Shown here piece by piece: positions 9,913-18,104 of a stretch of 32,000 nt of DNA (positions are counted from its first letter, which is position 1; every line of letters starts with the position of its first letter). Position numbers and translations under genes: made by a program. The DNA is taken from contig JBHLKY010000006.1 in the NCBI GenBank assembly GCA_048886185.1, forward strand, positions 144,967 to 176,966, read 5' to 3'. The notes under the pieces were generated by a model. It ran no database searches. It saw nothing but the letters and a program-made list of their open reading frames with translations, and was not told the origin of the DNA. The stretch is from Candidatus Hermodarchaeota archaeon (lineage in GTDB: Archaea > Asgardarchaeota > Heimdallarchaeia > Hodarchaeales > Hodarchaeaceae).

Positions 9913-10815
9913 TTATCTCTTAGAATCTCGATCTTTCTCTGTGATGGCTTGGGGAATATCAGTTAGCGAGTCTGCAAGCTTTTTATCAGCTACCTCTTCT
10001 TCTCCGATTTCTATCACATTAGATACGATTTTGAAAATGAAATGTAGATCTTTAACATTAAATTCGATTTCCTCTTCTTGGAGTCCTGAAGGTAGCGAAA
10101 CTTCAGCCCAGATTTCGGTTCCAGAAAAACCTGTAAATGCAGAAGAATTTTGAAGCTCTTTTTCTACTAGGACAGAATCTTTCAGCATAAGGTTATTAAA
10201 TTTTAAATTAATAAAACTGCCATCAATTTCCAGGTCTACTTCCAGACCATAAGATTCTGCTAGAGTATCGACGATCGAACGAAACATACTAATGCTGTGA
10301 ATACTAGTTTCTTGAGCATTAATCAAGCATAAATCCAGCTTGGGCCAAAGAAGAAATAGTTGGTCTCGTAAGAAATGGGTTTCAATAATCTGATCCATAC
10401 TCCCCATTGGTAATACCTCCTTTCCCTTAATTATCGTTCTCTTAAGAAGGTCTGAAGCTGAAAGACGTGACTTCGATTGTTTTTCATGAATGATCTTCCA
10501 ATAATCATCGATATACACATAGACATCAGGAAGTAACGTTTCACCTTCTTGAAATGATCTCATAAGCCCTTTTATCCGTTGAGAATAACAAAACACAGGC
10601 ATATTCTTCTTGGATTCTCGTTTTAGAAGTAAAACATCTAGGTATCGACGATCAGTGCACTTTGGTCTGAGCATGTTAACGACCTTGTTGTTTTGACATT
10701 TCTCAAGGCAAAAAATTCGCCGATCTCGAACCATCTCTTCCCATAAAGTCACACCTGATACAAGATTTAAGGTCGCCATTGCTGTTTTTGGGGCCTCTTC
10801 GTCGTTCCATTTCAA
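9913..10815 (-). CDS. Hypothetical protein (300 aa)
   Basis: Long open frame with a TTG start between tgtA and nrdJ on the same strand. No motif recognised. Confidence 0.75.
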   Translation of the reverse strand: MKWNDEEAPKTAMATLNLVSGVTLWEEMVRDRRIFCLEKCQNNKVVNMLRPKCTDRRYLDVLLLKRESKKNMPVFCYSQRIKGLMRSFQEGETLLPDVYVYIDDYWKIIHEKQSKSRLSASDLLKRTIIKGKEVLPMGSMDQIIETHFLRDQLFLLWPKLDLCLINAQETSIHSISMFRSIVDTLAESYGLEVDLEIDGSFINLKFNNLMLKDSVLVEKELQNSSAFTGFSGTEIWAEVSLPSGLQEEEIEFNVKDLHFIFKIVSNVIEIGEEEVADKKLADSLTDIPQAITEKDRDSKR

Positions 10816-11336
10816 TTTGTTAAGAGCTCCTATAAATCTTGTATTAATACCTTATATAATATCCTTTATAATTAATTTATCAAGATTATTTAACTATATC
10901 TATACGGTAACGATAACATTGTTTTTAATGTATGCAATGAACGTATGAATTGATATTATGAGAATTCATGCAACATTAGATTGGTTATGATGAGCTATTA
11001 GAGCAGTATTGAAGTGTATCTATGCCCTAGTAGTTCAGTTAGCTTAGTTCACCATCCATTATAAAAGATATACTAATATAACTTCCAGATATGTGATAGT
11101 ACATCCCTAATTTCATGTATTAAGGCGACAAAGTTGATAATCTTTCAGGTGCACAATTTAGATCTGTTAGTTATTTAAGAATGTAATATTTAGTGAATAT
11201 CTACTGTATTCTAATCGTTTTTATGAAATTCGTTAATAATTAAGACTCTATTATCAATTAATCAAATAAATAATGGGGGAAGAATAAAAAGAACGGAGAA
11301 AAAGTCTTTTTTTTAAAAATAGAGGTCTTTATGCTA

Positions 11337-14300
11337 TTACCCGCATTTTGAATAACCACAGACCCGACAAAGAATACACCCCTCACTATGCTCTACAAGA
11401 TTCCCACATTCAGGGCATTCAGGTCGGAGTCCTGAAGTAGTATGAGAGAGATAGATAGTACTACCCTCCGAACTAGAATCATTTACAGTTATTTCCCCCT
11501 CATTATCAGTCTCACGATGATGATTATTAATACTATAGCGGTTGATGAAACGTTCTATTGATTTAGCCACCGCATCAGCACAAGACAGGATTGGTCCTTC
11601 AGATCCAAAGGTAGGTGACGGACAACGAATAGATTTAAGCTGTAAAATAATTTCTTCAGATTCAATTCTACTACGTAAGGCTAATGAAATTAACCTTCCC
11701 ATTGATTCGATATGGGATGCAACACACCCTCCTGATTTTCCTAAGGACAAGAAAAGTTCAGCTAATCCTTCCTCATCCTCATTGATTGTAATAAATAAGT
11801 TTGTGCCACAACCGACCCGAACCCGTTCAGTGATTCCACGGGTAACATCAGGCCGATACCTCGGTTTTTTTGACTTTAATTCCTCATCTGGGGTGGTTTT
11901 CACTTCGTTTGTACCTTTTTTAGATAAGACATCGTATGTCCTTGAACCAGATCGATAAACTGTTAATCCTTTACAACCTAATTCATAAGCTAACATGTAA
12001 GCGTTATTAATCTCTTCCTCTGTAGCTTCTTGGGGAAAATTGATCGTTTTGCTAACTGCATTATCTACTCCTGAGGTCTGAAATGCTGCCTGCATCCTAA
12101 CATGCCACTCTGGGGAGATATCATGAGCAGTAACAAAGATTTGTCGTATTTCTTCGGGGATTTCAGTGATTTCACGTATTGATCCTGCCTTGGCAACAGT
12201 CTCCATCAGTTCTTGCGAGTAGAATCCTCTTTTCTTGGCAATTTCAACAAAAAAAGGATAACCCTCAACTAAAATATCATCATCTAAGACACGTCGTTCA
12301 TATGTCAACATAAAAAGCGGTTCTATTCCACTAGAACAACCAGCGATAATAGAAAGAGATCCTGTAGGTGCAAGCGTTGTTAGTGTCGCGTTTCGCATCA
12401 TAGGATATTTATCAACGTAAATACTCTTTTCAAAATTAGGAAAGGATCCCCGTTCTTTGGCAAGTCTTTGAGATTCTCGGATGGCAGTTGTATGGATGTA
12501 TGTCATGACTCTCTTTGCTAATTCAATACCTTTCTGTGAGTTATAAGGAATACCTAATTTAATCAACAGATCTGCAAAACCCATAACTCCTAAGCCAATT
12601 TTTCGATTAGCTCGTGTCATTCGTTCAATTTCTGGGAGAGGAAAGGTTGAAACATCAATAACATTATCCAAAAAGCGTACAGCTAAGGTTAAAACTCGTT
12701 CAAGACGAGTATAATCAACATGGAATGATAATGGATCAATAGCATCCCTTTTAACCATTTTGCTCAGGTTAACTGATCCTAAATTGCACGATTCGTATGG
12801 CAATAGAGGCTGTTCACCACAGGGGTTCGTTGCTTCAATTTCTCCAACATTTGGAGTTGGATTAGCGCTATTTATTCGATCCAAGAAGAGAATGCCTGGT
12901 TCCCCGTTGATATGAGCCATTTTCACGATTTCATTAAAGACAAGCCATGCTTTGAGTCGGGCTACTTCTTGATTATTACGAGGATTAACTAGAGGATAAT
13001 CGTCATCATGAATTACAGCTTCCATAAATGCCTCGGTGAGGCCCACAGAAATGTTAAAATTATTCAGGGTGGTTAAATCTTCTTTACAATGAATGAAATC
13101 CATGATATCAGGGTGATCGACCCGTAAAATCCCCATGTTCGCTCCACGGCGCCGGTTGTGGATGAGAATGCCATTAGCTACAAATTGATGTGAACCTGGA
13201 ACTTCAATATCCATTGTATATGCTTTTGCCCGTACAATCTTCTTAACTTGCGTAAAATAATAATTTGGATTAGAAATATTAGCAAAATGCTCATTATTAC
13301 TAATAATGTCGAAATTTTCTTGAAGAAATTTTAGCCTTTTTCTTGTTAAATTTCTTTTATTGGATGGATCACCTATGAAATGCTGAATAGCTCTATAGAA
13401 TTTTCTATTAGCTCCTCTCTTTTCTCTCCCTTTACTTGATCCTTTACCAATATATTTGGAAAGATGTTTTAATTTTTCTCCTTGGTTTGGTATTATATCA
13501 TTGTACTCGAATGCATTTTCATGATACCTTGACTCAAAGGTTTCCCTCTTTCTTTTTGTTATAAATCCGATTTCTTTATTAAATACTCTGAGAAATCTAT
13601 CTGAGACAATTTTTAAGGTATAAATCGGTTTCTTATTTAAACCGTTACCTCTTCTTTGTTTTACACTATAGCTAGATACAACATTTAAGCCTAGTAACAG
13701 CTGTTGTGTTTGTTCTATTAATTTTCGTGATGTAGAGTAGAGCTTGGGATACCCGTATGTATGTGTATTCCCATCTCCCTCAAATAAACCCCTAATAAAC
13801 GCTTTTGCTACTTCTGGATGAGATAGAAATATCTCTCTTGGAATAAAAGCTTTGGGGGGTGATTCCTTCTTCCATTCCATTTTTTCAAAAAATCTGTTTA
13901 AGTCGTGAGAATAAAAAATCAGATCACTCCAAGAACCATTATCCTCTTTCCTCCCAATTTTCAGGCCAAAAGAAAGGAACATTAAATCTTCAATTCGATG
14001 GATTAAATCAGAATCTCTATTATCAATGCTAAAAATCATCCTTCCACCAGTACTTAAGCAAGCATCGGCCATATATAATCCTAAAATTTCGCCCAGCTCA
14101 GGAGTCATCTTTTCAGGAATTTTAATGGGAGTAGCATTGAAATACTGTTCATTTATTTTAGGGAGGTTAACCTCTTTTCCATTATGACCTCCTAGTACTA
14201 CAATTACCCAGTCTCCTTCCTGAATTTGATTGATGGTTTTCCAAGCTTTTTCCCCTTTTTGATCGATACAAGCAATCTGATGATTATAAGTTGCCTCCAA

Positions 14301-15026
14301 ATTCAATCCAATATCAGTTTTAACTTTATAAACTTCAGCTATGCCATTATCCATCGAAATAAACGCATTATTATATGAATTTCCATCATAAACAAGCTCT
14401 TTTGTGAAGCTCTCTCCCATTGGAGGACAATCAAGTAATTTACCAAGTTCAATTACTCCGTTTGTAGTCCGAATGAAGCTTTCAGCTGAAACACATCCGC
14501 CCTGTTTAATGATCTCGGTGGCTGAATTGAAGACAGTCATAAAAGAGATAGGCCCACTAGCAATACCTCCAGTAGTTTGTACTTTATCATTAATTGGGCG
14601 TAATTGGGAAAAGGAAAACCCTGTACCTCCTCCAGATTTGTGAATAATGGCAGCATTCTTGATAGCCTGGAAAATAGAATCCATATCATCATGAATTGGC
14701 AAGACAAAGCAGGCAGATAATTGATTGAGTTCAGTTCCAGCATTCATCAATGTAGGTGAATTAGGCAAAAATTCAAGGTTGATCATCATTTTATAGAATT
14801 TTTCTTCGTAAAGAGCAGGATCACCCCCGTAACGCGCCTCATTCGATGCAATCGTCCTAGCTACCCTTTTAAATAGTTGATCAGGTGTTTCAATAACTTC
14901 ACCGCGTTCATTCTGCCTGAGATATCGCTTTTCAAGCACAATCTTCGCATTAGGTGTTAGATTGAGGGATTCTGCTTCGATGTCCTTCTCGTGTTCTTCA
15001 GAAATGAGGGTCATAATAATAATCAC
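11337..15026 (-). CDS. nrdJ: Adenosylcobalamin-dependent (class II) ribonucleotide reductase precursor containing an intein; C-terminal TSCPD/NrdJb-like domain and Zn ribbon (alternative ATG at 15014)
   Basis: FLPNSPTLMNAG, LSACFVL, SGGGTG.SFS.LRP, KQGG|RRRGANM, ATNPCGEQPL, ESCNLGS, APTGSLS, SSGIEP, AVSKTIN and C-terminal CPECG...CILCRVCGYSKCG. No ATP-cone is visible. Confidence 0.96.
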   Translation of the reverse strand: MIIIMTLISEEHEKDIEAESLNLTPNAKIVLEKRYLRQNERGEVIETPDQLFKRVARTIASNEARYGGDPALYEEKFYKMMINLEFLPNSPTLMNAGTELNQLSACFVLPIHDDMDSIFQAIKNAAIIHKSGGGTGFSFSQLRPINDKVQTTGGIASGPISFMTVFNSATEIIKQGGCVSAESFIRTTNGVIELGKLLDCPPMGESFTKELVYDGNSYNNAFISMDNGIAEVYKVKTDIGLNLEATYNHQIACIDQKGEKAWKTINQIQEGDWVIVVLGGHNGKEVNLPKINEQYFNATPIKIPEKMTPELGEILGLYMADACLSTGGRMIFSIDNRDSDLIHRIEDLMFLSFGLKIGRKEDNGSWSDLIFYSHDLNRFFEKMEWKKESPPKAFIPREIFLSHPEVAKAFIRGLFEGDGNTHTYGYPKLYSTSRKLIEQTQQLLLGLNVVSSYSVKQRRGNGLNKKPIYTLKIVSDRFLRVFNKEIGFITKRKRETFESRYHENAFEYNDIIPNQGEKLKHLSKYIGKGSSKGREKRGANRKFYRAIQHFIGDPSNKRNLTRKRLKFLQENFDIISNNEHFANISNPNYYFTQVKKIVRAKAYTMDIEVPGSHQFVANGILIHNRRRGANMGILRVDHPDIMDFIHCKEDLTTLNNFNISVGLTEAFMEAVIHDDDYPLVNPRNNQEVARLKAWLVFNEIVKMAHINGEPGILFLDRINSANPTPNVGEIEATNPCGEQPLLPYESCNLGSVNLSKMVKRDAIDPLSFHVDYTRLERVLTLAVRFLDNVIDVSTFPLPEIERMTRANRKIGLGVMGFADLLIKLGIPYNSQKGIELAKRVMTYIHTTAIRESQRLAKERGSFPNFEKSIYVDKYPMMRNATLTTLAPTGSLSIIAGCSSGIEPLFMLTYERRVLDDDILVEGYPFFVEIAKKRGFYSQELMETVAKAGSIREITEIPEEIRQIFVTAHDISPEWHVRMQAAFQTSGVDNAVSKTINFPQEATEEEINNAYMLAYELGCKGLTVYRSGSRTYDVLSKKGTNEVKTTPDEELKSKKPRYRPDVTRGITERVRVGCGTNLFITINEDEEGLAELFLSLGKSGGCVASHIESMGRLISLALRSRIESEEIILQLKSIRCPSPTFGSEGPILSCADAVAKSIERFINRYSINNHHRETDNEGEITVNDSSSEGSTIYLSHTTSGLRPECPECGNLVEHSEGCILCRVCGYSKCG
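13155..14495 (-). mobile_element. Intein (447 aa, precursor residues 178-624) with LAGLIDADG homing endonuclease
   Basis: Starts with Cys (TGT 14495-14493) after KQGG. Block B is ATYNH, block C ILGLYMADA, block E FIRGLFEGDG, block H LIEQTQQLLLGLNV, block F YTMDIEV, and it ends in block G ANGILIHN (AAC 13157-13155). Removing it restores IKQGG-RRRGANMG. Confidence 0.95.
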
Positions 15027-15343
15027 TTTAGTAGGGAGAAGATGGAATTAGATGCTCTGAATTCGGATTAGGGTGTAACATTTGATTGAAATATAAGGGA
15101 TTCAAACCACATTGTTTCATATACTGATAACGAATCATCATTTAAGAACCCAAAAATTGGTCATGTGTGAATAATGCTTGAACTGTGAAAGACACCAGCA
15201 GTCCAACTCATTTTTACTCCTCAAATAGCAGAAGAGAGAATGATCTATACAAATTAAAAATATAATTCACTCAGCAGTAGTACACAAAATTGTCGGATAG
15301 AAAGCAAGAAAAATGAAAAAAAAAGATATAGCTGATTTTCAGT

Positions 15344-15364
15344 CTATATGCAATATGCATATAG
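15344..15364. promoter_or_regulatory. Perfect 9-bp inverted repeat, candidate operator in the nrdJ/RHH divergent region
   Basis: CTATATGCA-ATA-TGCATATAG, read directly. Confidence 0.45.
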
Positions 15365-15542
15365 TACCAAAGTAATATTCTAGTACTATCTCAAAATATT
15401 AAGCTCCTATTTTCAAAAGGAAATACTAACCAGAAATCAGTGTAGTAAGTGGATTAAGAAGTAATATCCCTGTATTATGCTTATTTTAAATCAACTATAA
15501 TATCGATTTTGTCAACCACCAAAATGAGGTTGATAAGTCAAA

Positions 15543-15728
15543 ATGATGAAACTTATAACAGTGCATTTACCAAACGATCAAGTATTGGGTCTTGACGAAT
15601 TAGTTCGCAGTGGAAGGTATCCTAATCGCAGTGAAGCTATCCGTTTCGCCATCCGTGATATGTTGAAAGATGAACTGTGGAGTCTTCGTGCTAGTGCTTT
15701 AATTCCCCAATCTCGAGAGGTCTACTAA
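15543..15728 (+). CDS. Ribbon-helix-helix transcription regulator, CdrS/aCcr1-like
   Basis: MKLITVHLP..(helix)..GRYPNRSEAIRFAIRDML.DELW closely matches my recollection of the archaeal CdrS/aCcr1 RHH family. A GAGGTTGAT Shine-Dalgarno-like motif lies upstream. Confidence 0.85.
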   Translation: MMKLITVHLPNDQVLGLDELVRSGRYPNRSEAIRFAIRDMLKDELWSLRASALIPQSREVY

Positions 15729-15792
15729 TCCTATCAACAAATTCCATACTTCGTTTCAATTCAGTAGTGGGAAAAGTAATCTTCCTAGTAAC

Positions 15793-15822
15793 AAGAACTG
15801 AATTAGATTTCAGTTCTTTTTC
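15793..15822 (+). terminator. Hairpin plus T-tract downstream of the RHH gene
   Basis: AAGAACTGAA (15793-15802), loop TTAGAT, TTCAGTTCTT (15809-15818), running into a T6 tract. Outer CTAGT/ACTAG could extend the stem. Confidence 0.55.
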
Positions 15823-15912
15823 ACTAGCATCTCATTATACAGTTGTAATCTCACCTTGATTAAACCAAGTTTTAAGTAGAAATGGAAATTTAGTTGTTCT
15901 TAGTGCATACTT

Positions 15913-16524
15913 ATGAATAATGACACGTTAACCAAACGTTGGCGAACTGTAAAATCAAAAACTCCGATAATTGGGATTGATGATGGAGGGTTTGACCGTT
16001 TTTCCAAAGAAGATATCATTGTTCCTGTTTTTGGTGTCATCATGAAAGGAGCAGCCTACGTTGATGGCATTATTCAATGCTATCTTAAGAGAGATGATTC
16101 TGAGGCGACTACTACAATCACTAACATGATATTAGAGTCACCACATAAGAATCAGATAAAAGCAATTTTCTTACAGGGGATTACTATTGCAGGATTTGGA
16201 GTTATAGACATTATAAATTTGTTTGAAATAACAGGAATCCCAGTTATTGTAGTTCTACGAAAATCTCCAGACTATCCTAAAATACAAAGAGCTTTAGAAA
16301 AGACCTTTCCAGACGATCAAGAACGATGGTCAAGTATTCAACGTGCGGGTGACCTCGTAAAAGTCCAAGAAGATCCCCTTCTTCTCATACAAATAGCAGG
16401 AATCCATCCAAGGGATGCCTCTTTACTCATTAAGAAATGTACAGCCATTGGTACCATTCCAGAAGCTTTAAGGATTGCCCATTTCATTGGAGTAAGCTAT
16501 TATCATTATCCTAGCCAAATGTAA
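15913..16524 (+). CDS. DUF99 family protein (endonuclease V-like fold, 'endonuclease dU')
   Basis: IIGIDDG, VFGVIMKG...VDG, QGITIAGFGVIDI, GIPVIVV and IPEALRIAH.I. Confidence 0.88.
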   Translation: MNNDTLTKRWRTVKSKTPIIGIDDGGFDRFSKEDIIVPVFGVIMKGAAYVDGIIQCYLKRDDSEATTTITNMILESPHKNQIKAIFLQGITIAGFGVIDIINLFEITGIPVIVVLRKSPDYPKIQRALEKTFPDDQERWSSIQRAGDLVKVQEDPLLLIQIAGIHPRDASLLIKKCTAIGTIPEALRIAHFIGVSYYHYPSQM

Positions 16525-16535
16525 TTTTTGAGTTT

Positions 16536-18068
16536 CTAATGTGTATTTGTTTGAGGAGGGAATATTTCTTCATATAACAGCATCAATGGAGCCAATATCC
16601 AACCGAAAACTCCTCCTATCACTATTAAAGCAAACTGATGAGATAAGTTCCACAAACTTATCAGAATGAGGATGAAACAAAATCCTAAAGCCAATAAGGA
16701 ATTACGAACAACGCTAATTTCCCTATTCCAGATAGCTCCTTCGCTAACTGCTGTGGTTTTCAGAAGTAATCCTTCAATTACTCCAGAAATCAAAAATAAA
16801 AATGTTCCTAAAGAAAATAGATAGAATGGTATCAATTGGATTATCCGTTGTGAGAGATGTTGTTGACGTGGTTCCCATAAAATAGCTAGAAATGCTGCTA
16901 GAGAGTACGCAATCCCGACGAAACTGGGCATTAAGAATCCAGAATGCATTCCAAATAAATCAGGCCGCAAAAAAGGTATATTTCCCAAAATCAGAAAGGC
17001 AAGTGCAGTGATTAATAATACAACGCTAATTCCGGCGAAGAAAGCCATCGTGTTAAGAATTAGCTCTAACTTTTCAAACCAATTTAGATTTTTTGACCCA
17101 AGGATCATTCGAAGTCGCAATCGAAGCACACTGGAAGCTCCATTCGCCCACCGCCATAACTGTGATACTTGACTCTTAGCTGTTTCGGGTACAAGTCCAT
17201 ATGATCCTATAAAATCGATGTATTTCCCTTTATATCCATTTGATAATATTTTCATTGATGTATCGATATCTTCTATCACTGTTTCTTCTGAGAAACCACC
17301 CACTTTAACCAAAACCTCTTTTCGGAAGCATCCAGTAGTACCGTTAAATAATACAACCCCTCGCTGATCTTTTGCAGCCTCAAATACTTCATAGAACTGA
17401 GAATACAGAATAGAATTTGCAGCTTGATATAACTTATTTGTATTTCTATAAGAGACTTTAGCTTGGATATAACCAACCTTGGTGTCTGAAAATGCTTTCG
17501 AAAATTCTGTTAGTAAATTAGAAACTGGGATGTGGTCAGAATCTAAGATTACAATAAACTCCCCTTTGGTCTTGTCGAGTACTGCATTAATGTTTCCAGC
17601 CTTGAATCCTCGTCGGTCTTGTTTATGGTAAAATTGTATTTGGTTCTCCCCACAAAACTCCTGTAGCTGTTTAGTGATATTAGGATCCTGGCCATTATCG
17701 CTAACAATAATTTCATAATTCTGGTATTCGATTTCCAAGGCTCCCTGTAGTGTTTTTTTTAATACTGTGAAAGAGGTTCCATGTGAGGGAACAATGATAC
17801 TGAATGACGGAGTCGTGTGAGATGAAGAATTGGTGTAAATAGTTTGCCAATGAAATGAAAAAGCTCCAGAAATCATATAAAAAAGATAGAATGCGAATAA
17901 ATATCCAAACACTTCAATTCCAAGAAGTATTAGATTGAGAAGTATTGTAGGAAAGCTTGTATGACTTAAAATCATCATTGTACTTAAAATAATATAAACA
18001 GGAATCGTGACAAAGATTAGAATAGAAATGATTAGACTAATCCACGATAAAATACGATATAACCACAT
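16536..18068 (-). CDS. Membrane-bound processive GT2 glycosyltransferase (cellulose-synthase-like)
   Basis: SDNG, GFKAGNIN, ILDSDH (DxD), FNGTTGCFR, IEDID and QLWRW (QxxRW). Two N-terminal and several C-terminal TM helices. Confidence 0.9.
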   Translation of the reverse strand: MWLYRILSWISLIISILIFVTIPVYIILSTMMILSHTSFPTILLNLILLGIEVFGYLFAFYLFYMISGAFSFHWQTIYTNSSSHTTPSFSIIVPSHGTSFTVLKKTLQGALEIEYQNYEIIVSDNGQDPNITKQLQEFCGENQIQFYHKQDRRGFKAGNINAVLDKTKGEFIVILDSDHIPVSNLLTEFSKAFSDTKVGYIQAKVSYRNTNKLYQAANSILYSQFYEVFEAAKDQRGVVLFNGTTGCFRKEVLVKVGGFSEETVIEDIDTSMKILSNGYKGKYIDFIGSYGLVPETAKSQVSQLWRWANGASSVLRLRLRMILGSKNLNWFEKLELILNTMAFFAGISVVLLITALAFLILGNIPFLRPDLFGMHSGFLMPSFVGIAYSLAAFLAILWEPRQQHLSQRIIQLIPFYLFSLGTFLFLISGVIEGLLLKTTAVSEGAIWNREISVVRNSLLALGFCFILILISLWNLSHQFALIVIGGVFGWILAPLMLLYEEIFPPQTNTH

Positions 18069-18104
18069 AAAATGTATCTTCCTAATGTGTAACCGCTAGT
18101 AATA

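Noticed and set aside
13152-13154. CGG recoded to Ser/Thr/Cys to rescue the intein
   Set aside because: CGG encodes a conserved Arg in the same gene (KPRYRP, codon near 11853-11855), and the +1 position in intein-free RNRs is often Arg or Lys.
13405-13425. KRGAN inside the intein mimics the C-extein RRGAN
   Set aside because: It is not preceded by His-Asn, the codons differ, and a short match in a basic region is likely chance.
15027-15542. Cobalamin riboswitch upstream of nrdJ
   Set aside because: No B12-box or GC-rich stems are visible.
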